DNA of 64,000 nucleotides from Nitrospirota bacterium (GCA_963845065.1 CAWJQQ010000001.1:32001-96000); one strand, 5' to 3'; shown: positions 52,988-63,073, counted from the stretch's first letter. Program-made: numbers and translations. Notes: generated by a model from the letters alone, not told the origin.

Positions 52988-54634
52988 TTATACGTTTACT
53001 GCGGAAACCCTGTTTCTTCCCGCCTCTTTTGATGTGTAAAGGGCGGCATCGGTGCGCGCCACAAGGGTGTCGCTATTTTTTGAAAGCGCGCAGCAGCTGG
53101 CCACGCCAATGCTTATCGAGAGCCTGATCCGCTTCTGATCGGGAAGCTCAAAATCGATGTTATTGACAGCAGATCGGATTTTTTCTGCAAGACTCTTTGC
53201 TCCTTTAAACGTTGTTTCAGGCAGGACGATCATGAATTCATCTCCACCATACCGCCCCAGAATATCTGCCTTTCGGAGCGACCTCTTGAGTGTTTCGGAA
53301 ACGGATTGGAGCGCCAGGTCTCCTGCTATATGACCATACGTATCGTTTATCTTCTTCAATCTGTCGACATCGCAGAGGATGAGCGACAGGTCGATATTAT
53401 AACGTGTCGCCCTGTCGATCTCGTGACCTAAGATATCGTTGAGTGCCCTTCTGTTATACACCCCGGTAAGACTGTCCGTAGTCGACAAATAGTCCAATTT
53501 TCTTATCAACTGCTTATTTTCTTCTTCTGTCTTCTTGCGGTCGGTAATGTCCCTCGTATATTCGATGACGTGCGAAACGTTCCGATTCTGGTCGAAGATG
53601 GGATAGGTACAGATTTCGTACCACGCCGTGGACCCGTCGGGATACCGTTTCAGCTTCTCCTTTGTGCAAGGGTCCATTGACAGAAAGGTCTTATCAACCA
53701 CACACTCTTCACAGATGCTGTTCCTGTTTTGCAACACCTCGTAACACTTATTTCCAAGAAGGTCTTTTGTCTGTTTGTTTCTCATGCGTGCATACGCATC
53801 ATTTAATTTAATTATCCTGTAATCCCGGTCCACAATACTGAAAGGATCGTGAATGCTGTCGAATATGGTGCCCAAAAAACTTTCTGACCGTCTCAGTTCT
53901 TCTTCTGTCCGCTTACGGTACAGGATTTCATCTTTAAGTTGATCATTTACGTATTTAAACTCCTTAGTTCGTTCCTCAACCCGATGGTCAAGCAACTCGC
54001 TGTGTGTTCGTAATTCCTCGTCGGACTTTTTGCGCTCGGTAATGTCGCTCAGTATTCCCAATGCATGCCATTTCCCCTGTAGCTGAAACGCCGAGAGAGA
54101 CATCTTAGCGGGAAACTCCATGCCGTCCTTTCTCATTGCCGTGAGCTCAAGCGTCATGCCGACCGCTGCTCCATCTGCTGTTTCCTTAAACCTGTTCAAG
54201 CACCGCTCAAACACTTGATGATGCCTTTGCGGAACCAGCAGTGTATGCAATTTTTCGCCGATGGTCTCGTGCGTAGTATAGCCAAATATCTTCTCCGCGG
54301 CAGGATTCCAGGACGATATTTTTCCTTGATTATCCATCATGACGATGGCGTTCTTTGCCGCGTTGGTAATAATGCGTAATGCTTCTTCGCTGTGCCTCAT
54401 AGCCTCAAGGGCGTGATTGCGTTTAAATACTATTTTAGAGATTATTATTCCGTAAATGACGAGGCCGGCGATAATCAGCGACCAGGAATAAAGCTCACGA
54501 ATCGAAACGCCAAAAAGGAACGGCTCTGAGAATGTATCTTGACGAAATAAGAGGGCATTGGCTGCCCTATCTACCGCCAGGAGGAAAAGTGCGGGAATGA
54601 CCGAAACAATTATGAGTTTAAGTTTATCTGACAT
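52988..54634 (-). CDS. Membrane PAS-PAS diguanylate cyclase
   Basis: Two TM segments, two PAS domains, DSLTG, intact RYGGDEF. Confidence 0.92.
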   Translation of the reverse strand: MSDKLKLIIVSVIPALFLLAVDRAANALLFRQDTFSEPFLFGVSIRELYSWSLIIAGLVIYGIIISKIVFKRNHALEAMRHSEEALRIITNAAKNAIVMMDNQGKISSWNPAAEKIFGYTTHETIGEKLHTLLVPQRHHQVFERCLNRFKETADGAAVGMTLELTAMRKDGMEFPAKMSLSAFQLQGKWHALGILSDITERKKSDEELRTHSELLDHRVEERTKEFKYVNDQLKDEILYRKRTEEELRRSESFLGTIFDSIHDPFSIVDRDYRIIKLNDAYARMRNKQTKDLLGNKCYEVLQNRNSICEECVVDKTFLSMDPCTKEKLKRYPDGSTAWYEICTYPIFDQNRNVSHVIEYTRDITDRKKTEEENKQLIRKLDYLSTTDSLTGVYNRRALNDILGHEIDRATRYNIDLSLILCDVDRLKKINDTYGHIAGDLALQSVSETLKRSLRKADILGRYGGDEFMIVLPETTFKGAKSLAEKIRSAVNNIDFELPDQKRIRLSISIGVASCCALSKNSDTLVARTDAALYTSKEAGRNRVSAVNV

Positions 54635-54673
54635 ATTCAACAAAATCTTTTATGGATTACCATGATATTTTGT

Positions 54674-54689
54674 TGCAATTTAAATGCCA
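54674..54689 (-). promoter_or_regulatory. Sigma-54 promoter
   Basis: TGGCATTTAAATTGCA, 40 bp upstream of the start. Confidence 0.7.
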
Positions 54690-55171
54690 GTACCCTACAC
54701 TCTTAACTTTTTGTTTTTATTTAAAGTCCATGAACACGTTGCAGTAAAACGTGAAAATAACTTCTCATATAAGTAATTTAAGTCACAATGTGAATATTCA
54801 CAAATCATGGAATTAAAATTGACCACTAATGACCGCAAGTTAAGACGAACGAGAAACGCCTTTGTTGATCTGAACTATAAAGCAGTTGCGTAGCGACCAG
54901 AAATTGTTGGTTATCCTTGCCTACCACAATCTGGGGAAAATGGTTTTTATTGCGGCTTCAAGGCGCTCGTGAAAGGCGTTTCCAAATTGCTGAAGACAAA
55001 GAAGTCATCGCGCAGAATATTGGAAGCACGGGAAAGGAGCTTTTTGCTTCCCTTACTGCAGTTGCGAATGCTATTTCTCCTTTCATAGCAATGGGTTAGC
55101 GTATAAATTATTTATGTTTATGTCTTAATGAGTATTATTTGTTTACGGCATGCAGCAGACATGATAATATA

Positions 55172-55540
55172 ATGTCTGAAGAACTGCCCCTTCGGGCCGT
55201 CCATCAAGAACTATACAAAGGTCTTCGATTACCCGAGGGGTTCGCGGACTTTACCGCGGAGTTCAACAAGCCGAGCCACGTCACCGACCAGTATAAGGTT
55301 GGCGAAGGCGAGGGAGTGAGTCCGTTCTGCTCGGTGCACCAGCCGATGCGGAGCGCGTTCGCGGAAAAGATCAAGATCGGGGGTAAAAAGATCCGGGTCG
55401 TGCAGCTCGGGTGCAAGTCCGGTTCGGGCAAGAAAGGGTTTGCGGAGAAATGGCTTGCGGAAAGCGATGTGGCCAAAGATGTCGTGGACAAGATCCTCGA
55501 CAACCACATTTGCTGCTACGCCTTGAACATTCTCGCGTGA
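55172..55540 (+). pseudogene. GC-richer coding fragment of unknown identity
   Basis: Protein-like ORF with an abrupt compositional shift from its flanks; no good RBS. Confidence 0.35.
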
Positions 55541-55780
55541 AAGCGAAAGTGAACAGAAGCTGATTTTCTGCAGTGCCTTGCCTCTCTCAACATTTATTGC
55601 AGCAAATATGCACAACGGCGATTACAACAATAGCGCGTATCTTGTGACTTTTTTCGACCGCTATCAATTCACCTCGGTTATCAGGCCCCGTATAGTCAAA
55701 AAACTCTTGCAACCTCACGGTAATAATATTTAAGCAGTCCACCCAGACTCTCGTGAAAGTTGACGCCGATGTCAACGATT

Positions 55781-55865
55781 CCGATTGGGTATTTAAAATG
55801 TTAACGAATACAGGTTAACTTTAAGTGTTTCAGAAAATGAAAACTTCAACGGCTTCATGATGTAC
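55781..55865 (+). repeat. Family A repeat, copy A8 (5' part only)
   Basis: CCGATTGGGTATTT...TTAACGAATACAGGTT...AACGGCTTCATGATG. Confidence 0.6.
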
Positions 55866-56093
55866 CTCGCGAGTTATTATGAATCAAAATAATTGTACAT
55901 TTCAATCTGAATATAGATCCAGAGGCAATGGTGCTGTTTGTAGTCCGCTATTATGCTTTCCCCTGTCGCAGCATGCTGAAGATCTCCGGTTGTGCTATCC
56001 ACGGCAACGTGGTCTACGTAAATCGGTACAGATCTTATGATGACTCAAACTCCAAAGGTTAAAAGTTCCATCCGGTGCCATCCACCAATATCA

Positions 56094-56205
56094 GTCCTGT
56101 TTGTGTCCTGTAAAAGAAAAACGCATTTGTGTGTGCTCTAAGTCCTTGAATTGGTGGGACGGAGAAAGGGGACAATTTTACCTCTTGGGGTTACGGGCCC
56201 GAAGA
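56094..56205 (+). repeat. Family B att half-site B5
   Basis: GTCCTGTTTGTGTCCTG...AAGTCCTTGA...CTTGGGGTTACGGGCCCGAAG. Confidence 0.65.
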
Positions 56206-56326
56206 TGCATTGAGAATGAAGTCGAACTGGCCGAGATCAATCCTGCCGGATTCGATCTATGATTGCATATTGCCTTTGACAAGGTGTTTCATAAGTGTTA
56301 CACTATATCTTGTGGAGGTGATGACT

Positions 56327-56551
56327 ATGCCTGTAAAGAATCCAAGGATCAATGTCGTTTTCGAAAAGCCACTCTACAACACAATAGAGCGACTTGCAAC
56401 AAGGGAGGGCGTTTCATTGTCGCTCAAGGTGCGTGATCTCGTAAAGGAAGCGCTTGAGATTGAGGAAGATATAGCGCTTTCAGCGTTTGCCGAGAAAAGA
56501 GAGAAGTCGTTCACAAAGTCAAAAGCATTGAAACACCATGAGGTTTGGTGA
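56327..56551 (+). CDS. RHH-type antitoxin
   Basis: NPRINVV...SLSLKVRDLVKEALE..ED; TTGACA-N17-TACACT promoter at ~56277. Confidence 0.8.
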   Translation: MPVKNPRINVVFEKPLYNTIERLATREGVSLSLKVRDLVKEALEIEEDIALSAFAEKREKSFTKSKALKHHEVW

Positions 56552-56553
56552 TC

Positions 56554-56829
56554 ATGCCGTTTGAACTGAAATACCATCCAGACGTCAAGGCTATTGACAT
56601 TCCACAGCTTGACGCAAAGTTGAAAACCCGCATCAAGAAGGCCATCGAGACGAGGCTTGCTACGGAGCCTCAGCAGTATGGAACACCCTTACGGAAAACA
56701 CTCCATGGATATTGGAAGCTGCGTGTTGGTGATTACCGGGTCGTTTTCAAAATCGTGGGACCAGAAATTTGGATACTTGGAATTATTCATAGAAAGAAAG
56801 TATATGAGGCCATAGAAAAGAGGCTTTAA
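56554..56829 (+). CDS. RelE/ParE-family toxin
   Basis: GYWKLRVGDYRVVF...IIHRKKVY motif. Confidence 0.9.
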   Translation: MPFELKYHPDVKAIDIPQLDAKLKTRIKKAIETRLATEPQQYGTPLRKTLHGYWKLRVGDYRVVFKIVGPEIWILGIIHRKKVYEAIEKRL

Positions 56830-57035
56830 TCAGTGCCCAAAGATAAGCAATCAAAGGGAAGACAACGATCATCAACAACAAGACATCGATAAACAAATTA
56901 ATTTCCGATAAGGGGGATGTCTGCGTTGATCGGCTGGTCACCGTCCATAATGGCCTGCTGTCCAGCTCGCGTAGCGTCGTTCCTGCCGAACTCCAAAGCT
57001 CGTAATTCCATCCGATACTATTGCCCTATAACTGT

Positions 57036-57143
57036 GCTGATACTGTCCTGTTAAGCCAAACCGCGTTTCTCGAGTCTTAAGTCCTTGATTTGATGGTCTT
57101 GGAAATAGGCTATTTTCATCCCTTGAGGTGACAGGCCCCAAGA
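57036..57143 (+). repeat. Family B att half-site B6
   Basis: CTGATACTGTCCTG...AAGTCCTTGATTTG...CCTTGAGGTGACAGGCCCCAAG. Confidence 0.65.
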
Positions 57144-57373
57144 CTAACGTCTAACTAGGGTTATGAAATTGAGGTTGAAAAAGTCAACAAAATTTGAGTT
57201 TGTGAAGGGCTATTATCGTGTCTCACAGGGGAATCTTAGAGAGACACTCTGAAAAATTTCATAGGCCCTGGGCGACGTTCTGATGAAATGCGCATAATCG
57301 TGAAGGCGTCACTGAACTTATGAACGGGACCACTTAGTATCACGAGTTATTCCGGACAGAGCCACTTCAGATA

Positions 57374-57853
57374 CTACTGGACGATGCAGACCGCTAGTTC
57401 GGCCGCGTTTTGGATAAGTTTGCTTGGGATGCTGCCCATGAGCAGATGCTTTCCTTCATGGATCCCGCAACGACCCAGAAGGATGATTTGGAAGCCGCCG
57501 TCTCTTGCCTCGTCCAAGAGGCTGTCCGCCACATCAACAGAATTAGCGATAAACTTGGTCTTCACCTGCTCGGCCCGAAGCCCGCTCTTGACAAGTTGCC
57601 TCACCATGGACTGCATGATGGGGTCGATCATATCCTGCTGCTTTGCGATCCAGGTGTCAACTACCTTCTGTCGATCCTTCTTCTCGGTCTCGGTTAGCAT
57701 GTGGCCCTCGTCCCAGAACATAGCCGGAACATTAGGAAGCACGTGCACAAGCTTAACCTCGATACTGTCATTAAGTGCAACTTGTTTTCCTATGAATTCC
57801 ACGGCGCGCATGGAGCAGTACTTGTCATGAACTCCGATCAATATCTTTCGCAT
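57374..57853 (-). CDS. Universal stress protein
   Basis: KILIGV, LVHV and ILLGRCG...LMGSI motifs. Confidence 0.85.
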   Translation of the reverse strand: MRKILIGVHDKYCSMRAVEFIGKQVALNDSIEVKLVHVLPNVPAMFWDEGHMLTETEKKDRQKVVDTWIAKQQDMIDPIMQSMVRQLVKSGLRAEQVKTKFIANSVDVADSLLDEARDGGFQIILLGRCGIHEGKHLLMGSIPSKLIQNAAELAVCIVQ

Positions 57854-57917
57854 TGCCCTGTCCTCCTATCCCGGAATATTCCGGCCGTCTTGCTTCAATA
57901 GTATTACAAAAATACAT

Positions 57918-57977
57918 AATCTTGACGAGTTCAAGGATTACTACAACAATCAGCGGACTAATCAGGGTCGATATTGC
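57918..57977 (+). pseudogene. IS481-like transposase C-terminal scrap
   Basis: NLDEFKDYYNNQRTNQGRYC. Confidence 0.5.
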
Positions 57978-58416
57978 CCATTCCATTCAACATGCTGAGT
58001 TGAGTATAGATAGATAAATTATTAAAGCTGAAAACGATAACCCTCCATCGCGTCTACTCGTCACTATGGCCTAGTACAAGTCTTTGGTCGTCCTTGACTT
58101 ATATTTTAATCGTCTAGTTTGCATGCGTCCAATATATAATAAATATTGAATAATACGTATAAATAGAGCAATTAGCGCCAAACGATCAGAAACGAAGAAT
58201 ATATTATCAACAATCAACCAAGTATCCATCAAATAATCGCCTTGTGCTGTGTGCAGTGAATTGTGCAGCAGAGATTGGAATCGGGCGGAAATATATGGTA
58301 AGAGCCATTCTTGTGCGTCACAATAACCATACAAAAAAGCTAGAAAAAGGAAAGGACGGTATATTGTCCCTTCCTTTTTAAACGCTTTCACACGGCAGTG
58401 GTCGCTGGTTCCAATT

Positions 58417-58525
58417 GTCCTGATACTGTCCTATTAGAAGAAGTGCTTTTTTGCATGCTTCAAGTCCTTGATTTGCCGGGTCAAAAAACTTGAAATATTA
58501 CACTTGGGGTGACAGCCCCGAAGGT
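58417..58525 (+). repeat. Family B att half-site B7
   Basis: GTCCTGATACTGTCCT...AAGTCCTTGATTTG...CTTGGGGTGACAGCCCCGAAGGT. Confidence 0.65.
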
Positions 58526-58801
58526 AAAAAATATTTATCTCAAGACCACCTACAACTCTGCATAGTCAATTTTGTGACAAGGGTAAAGAATTCAGCTTGT
58601 GATATAATATGCACTTGAGCGAGCAGAGCTACATCGCGCAAACTGGTGCGCTCTACAACGATGCGAGTTGCAGTGTGTTTCTGGACGGGGCAGGTCCTTT
58701 TACCAAACGGAAGCATAGCAAAGAAGAATGCCATTAAAAATGGTCTACTCTTCTCCTTGTCCGCGTTTCAAGCCACCTTAAAAACCGGTCGTACCAATTC
58801 G

Positions 58802-59284
58802 TTACATGTTCATGTGGTGCTCATGGTCCCTGGGCATATCACTGGCTCCCTGGAGCGTCAGTGGTAGCTGTTTCTCTCCCGATTTTTGAAAGACCAGAGT
58901 CACGTTGAATTTCGATCCTGCCTGCATTGTCTTCGGCATATCCTCGATCATGATGTGGCTACTTCCCATCTTAAATTCCAGATTGCTTTTCTCGGAGATT
59001 TTTACCGCGTCCGCATTCACCATGCGCTGACCCTGCATAATATGGAACAAAACTTTCGCTCCCGGTATGTCAGTTTTTACTCCCGTGAGGACATCCGCCC
59101 CACCTTGGTTCCTAATATTCATGGTCACCATAGCTTCGCCCACGATACCGGAAGATAATTCAGCTTTGGCCCCATCAATACTGATTTGTGGCGGGCCGCT
59201 TTGGCACGCAGCAAGGATCATGGTGGGCATGAACAAGAATATTGCCAATAGCCTAAACTCCCTCGTTATTCCAAATGATTTCAT
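58802..59284 (-). CDS. PCu(A)C copper chaperone lipoprotein
   Basis: Lipobox LAAC; H...M...HIM motif; His-rich tail. Confidence 0.82.
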   Translation of the reverse strand: MKSFGITREFRLLAIFLFMPTMILAACQSGPPQISIDGAKAELSSGIVGEAMVTMNIRNQGGADVLTGVKTDIPGAKVLFHIMQGQRMVNADAVKISEKSNLEFKMGSSHIMIEDMPKTMQAGSKFNVTLVFQKSGEKQLPLTLQGASDMPRDHEHHMNM

Positions 59285-59825
59285 GATTACCTCCTTCATA
59301 GTAATTGCGCATTGTCAAAATCCTACAATTTAATCTTCTGCTTTCTTTTCACGTGTTCTTAATAATTATTTTACCTCCACCTGAAAAGGACAAAGACTGA
59401 TCCCGCAGATGCGGGCGAGCTTAGTTAGAAGAGTGTGCACGCCATGAGTTTATGATACCAGAATCAGAAAAAATTGGGCAACACTTTTCGGTTGATACTG
59501 AAGGGGGGTGTCTTGGCTGCCTTAACATATACGGAATGAAGTAGTGATAATTGGGTAAGTGTGTAAATCACACTTTCAGGAAGTATAAAATGGGAAGGTC
59601 ACTGCACTATTCTACTTCAAAGTTACACATCTGGTTAAACGGTCTAGGTTGCAGACCCCAGATGTACTTTTGGCGGCATGGTCAATTTGAAGCATGCCGC
59701 CAGGATAAGGTGACTTCAATGAACTTTATTCCGATCTGCGAACTTTGAGATACGTCTTTAATCATCATGGCCAAACTCCACTCGCAAAGCCACGAGCCAA
59801 GCATAACACTTTTATTTAACAGAAA

Positions 59826-60266
59826 TTACCAATGATGTGCATGGCCTGAATATTTTTCCATTTCCGCTGCAAGTTTATTTCTTTGTTCCGGGGTGATCAT
59901 ATCATGGATCTCGGTAAATTTGGAGAAAACGAACCGGATCAGGTCGTTCGTTTGTGTCTGTATTTTCTCAATGTGTGCGTTTAAGGTTGTCTGATCGATC
60001 TGCGGGCTCATCATCATCTCCTTGGCCTCTTTTATGGATTCCTTCCGCATACTTCTCATGCCCGCTTGCTTGGCCAGAAATTCGTCTTTAATCTTTTCGA
60101 GCCTTTCCGTTTGAGCAGCATCCAGCTTCAGCGTTTTTACCATGTGCTTTACGACATGCTCTGCTCGTTGTTCCGGTGTCCTATAGCAACATCCAGTGAC
60201 CTGAGCCAGAAGAAGGGCGATGAGAGCTGTCACAACAACTATTGATGCCGTTTTGCCTCTTAACAT
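59826..60266 (-). CDS. Spy/CpxP-family periplasmic protein
   Basis: Signal peptide; LKLDAAQ and ITPEQR (LTxxQ) motifs. Confidence 0.8.
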   Translation of the reverse strand: MLRGKTASIVVVTALIALLLAQVTGCCYRTPEQRAEHVVKHMVKTLKLDAAQTERLEKIKDEFLAKQAGMRSMRKESIKEAKEMMMSPQIDQTTLNAHIEKIQTQTNDLIRFVFSKFTEIHDMITPEQRNKLAAEMEKYSGHAHHW

Positions 60267-60360
60267 TATTACCTCCTTATTGATGAAGAACATTTGAATA
60301 TTATCTTGACGAAGTGTATGCAAAATATTTTCTCTCTATATAACATATCGCGTTGGAAGT

Positions 60361-60804
60361 TTAACCTTCCTTATGATGCTCACTTTCACTGCCCTGTCCA
60401 CGGCTGTCTATGTATTTCTTAAATACGTCCCGACCTTCCGCCTGCCACCACGCGTCATAGTATCGCCAGTCCTTGATCTCTCCGTTCGCCGCATCCTCAT
60501 GCGAACAGGAGCCCCATCCCCAACTACGATTTCCCCGCCACCGGCTCGAGAATTCCGGACGCATGCCATGCATGCCTCTGGCTCCAAAGAGCAGGCGAGC
60601 CAGAACGATCATTCCGACGGCCTGTCCAAAGCTGATTTCATGAAAACCGAACATCCCGGGCATTAACCAGTTCCACAGCAGTCGGACAAAAATCCCGAAC
60701 ATCAGCGCGAATACCAGGGTTATGATGATCCCCCGTACGATCCGGCCTACAATCCACCGTCCTCCCGGTCGGTTGCATCTATTCGAACTATGTTCTCTTA
60801 TCAT
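60361..60804 (-). CDS. Hypothetical membrane protein
   Basis: LLWNWLMPGMFG..EISFGQAVG..LARLLFG. Confidence 0.75.
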   Translation of the reverse strand: MIREHSSNRCNRPGGRWIVGRIVRGIIITLVFALMFGIFVRLLWNWLMPGMFGFHEISFGQAVGMIVLARLLFGARGMHGMRPEFSSRWRGNRSWGWGSCSHEDAANGEIKDWRYYDAWWQAEGRDVFKKYIDSRGQGSESEHHKEG

Positions 60805-60820
60805 TATTTTCCCCTCTCTT

Positions 60821-61369
60821 TCACCTATTTTTCAAGTCCTTCAGCTTTTTTTGAAGGGCGGCGTTTGCCCTGTGCTTTCGTGCCAGAAGCGTGCCGATAG
60901 GCGCTCCCCATGTTTCTGCCAGCTCACGAAATGAATAGTCATCGAGTTCCGTGGCGATCCAGACCGCGCGCTGGTCTGGCTCCAGCTGATCCAGCGCTTC
61001 GAAAAGCCGGCCCCGGATCTCCGATGCTTCGATCTCGTGTTCCATGTCGTAACGGGGTTCCGGTATGGTTTCCCTTTCGAGGCTATTTTCTTCATTGGAG
61101 GCTGTCTCATCGTAGGAAACTGTCTTTTTCCTTCGTCTTAGATAATCTTTCGCCTTATTTTGAATAGAGCGATAAATATAGGCGGAGATGTTTTCTACAT
61201 CTCGAGTGACATCTACCTTCTCGAACAAATCAGCCATCAGATCGCTGACAATGTCTTCAGCCTCCATGTCTGAAAGATCCGAATAATTCGCCTGAAAGTA
61301 ACTAACCAGTTTCCTATAGTTTTCGCTGAAAAACGATACTACTCCGGACTTTCCGGCTTTTTCACTCAT
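60821..61369 (-). CDS. ECF sigma-70 factor
   Basis: EAEDIVSD, DYLRRR and SFRELAE..GAPIGTL motifs. Confidence 0.9.
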   Translation of the reverse strand: MSEKAGKSGVVSFFSENYRKLVSYFQANYSDLSDMEAEDIVSDLMADLFEKVDVTRDVENISAYIYRSIQNKAKDYLRRRKKTVSYDETASNEENSLERETIPEPRYDMEHEIEASEIRGRLFEALDQLEPDQRAVWIATELDDYSFRELAETWGAPIGTLLARKHRANAALQKKLKDLKNR

Positions 61370-61493
61370 AATGCACCCATTCTGTGTCTCCTGTCTCTAT
61401 TGTTAAGACGAATAATGACATCCATTTATTGCATATGCTTAAAAAATATTCCGGTGATCTTAACTCTTCAAATGGAGGATGAAACGATGAGCA

Positions 61494-61739
61494 CCGAGTG
61501 GTTTTTTTAGGAGTAAGCGTTAACGAATTCAGGTTAATACTTTATGCGTTGCAGAGAATGTCAACAGCAAGAACTTGAGGATGTTTCTATTGACGGAAAG
61601 CTATATCGCAGATGTTATGCTGCAAGCAATATGCTTTACCTCGATTAATATAATAATCTATGTAGGGTTCACCTACAATAGTAGAATAGACGTTCTGTCA
61701 ATGGATGTGCAGTACTCTGATTGATACTTTAACGCGAAC
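61494..61739 (+). repeat. Family A repeat, copy A9 (full length)
   Basis: TTAACGAATTCAGGTT, ACTTGAGGATG, TTCACCTACAA, and the end GTGCAG...GATACTTTAACGCGAAC. Confidence 0.7.
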
Positions 61740-61776
61740 ACCTTGGCAAATCGACTCACCCATCCGAGTTGTAAGG

Positions 61777-62214
61777 TTAATCCTGATTACCTTGGACTCG
61801 AAGAAGTTCAAATGCGCTATAGACCAACTTCGGTGGCACTCCAAGCCAGGCGATTGCCTTGTCTACCTCACGGAACACAAGAACGTGACTCTCTTTTATG
61901 CTACCTACCTGTTGTGATAAATCCATGTATGCACTAAACATTCGAATTTGTCCAAAAACAACATTATCATTGGCGACAAGTGCACGATATGATGCAGGAC
62001 TGTAAATACTTTTCGATGCCAAATTTCGTATTTCTTCATGCGATAATTGAACTATTGCATCTCGAAAATCCATAACCACTTTGAATTCCGCATCAAAGTG
62101 TGTGTCCGCTTTTAATTTAGCGTGGTAAGCGATTAGTTCCTCATACGTCACCGTCCCACTTACATATGAAACAATCACTTGGTGCTCAACGTCGATAATG
62201 AACTTGATGGCCAT
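61777..62214 (-). CDS. Hypothetical protein (STAS/SpoIIAA-like fold suspected)
   Basis: SGTVT, DFRDA, RALVA..FG..RMF and FREVDKAIAWL motifs. Confidence 0.7.
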   Translation of the reverse strand: MAIKFIIDVEHQVIVSYVSGTVTYEELIAYHAKLKADTHFDAEFKVVMDFRDAIVQLSHEEIRNLASKSIYSPASYRALVANDNVVFGQIRMFSAYMDLSQQVGSIKESHVLVFREVDKAIAWLGVPPKLVYSAFELLRVQGNQD

Positions 62215-62408
62215 TTCCAATTGTTCCTTATTTCAATGTGAAGTCCGTATTTTCCATGTAGTGAAACTATCGACAACTTCAGGAAGAAACGCACTATTAA
62301 TGTTGCCATCGAAAAAATAATATTTTCCAGCCCACGGATCCTTATCGACGACAAAGTTTGATTTCGACAAAGCGCAACAACTATGATTTTGGATTCAAAG
62401 TTGAGATG

Positions 62409-62699
62409 CTATGCTATCTTCAGCTCTTTCCGGATATTTTCGGCAACCCACTGCCGGACTAGTGTCTGATAGGGGATTCCCTTCTGCGTGGCCACCTTCT
62501 TGATCGAAAGAAGATACAAAGGATCGAGCTTAATCGTTATGTTCTGTAACTTTCTTCTTCTCTTTCCAGACAAAATATCCTGTCTTAGCGCATCATCAAG
62601 GCTCATGGCGACCTCTCCCTCCACAATATCGCCGAGTACTCCTCGACTGTCATAATATTCTTCATTAGTTTTTTTCTTTTTTGTGGTTTTAACACTCAT
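62409..62699 (-). CDS. BrnA/CopG-type antitoxin
   Basis: ITIKLD...IKKVA..KGIPYQTLVRQW motif. Confidence 0.82.
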   Translation of the reverse strand: MSVKTTKKKKTNEEYYDSRGVLGDIVEGEVAMSLDDALRQDILSGKRRRKLQNITIKLDPLYLLSIKKVATQKGIPYQTLVRQWVAENIRKELKIA

Positions 62700-62721
62700 T
62701 ACGATCATCTCCTTCCGGAAA

Positions 62722-62994
62722 TTAACCTCGATGTTTTTGCCAGTATCTGATTTCAGCTTTATCCATGTCCCACCCGGTTATAACTCTTGCCACACCGTTC
62801 TTTTTCAGGGCAAATACAATGGTGAGATACCGTCCTTCCTGTGTCGGCCCCATAGCAACGTAGTGGCCTTTCTTCGTCTTTCGATACAACGGTTTATTTG
62901 CAAAGATTTCTTCCGCCTCCTCAGGCTTCACACCTTGGCCAAGCTCAATGTGTACGACATTTCCATCGTCCCATTCAAAATCATTTATTTTCAA
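62722..62994 (-). CDS. brnT: BrnT-family toxin
   Basis: FEWDDGN, EAEEIF, GRYLTIVF and RVITG motifs; operator palindrome GTAATAC-N3-GTATTAC at 63013-63029. Confidence 0.85.
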   Translation of the reverse strand: MKINDFEWDDGNVVHIELGQGVKPEEAEEIFANKPLYRKTKKGHYVAMGPTQEGRYLTIVFALKKNGVARVITGWDMDKAEIRYWQKHRG

Positions 62995-63073
62995 CCACGG
63001 CCTCCTAATTAAGTAATACATTGTATTACTTTCTTTTCAAAAAAGTCAAGAGGTCTTTCATATTGACATTTAT

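Noticed and set aside
58071..58734. ORFs 58071..58391 and 58540..58734 as genes
   Set aside because: No recognisable motifs or RBS, and they lie among att remnants; left uncalled.
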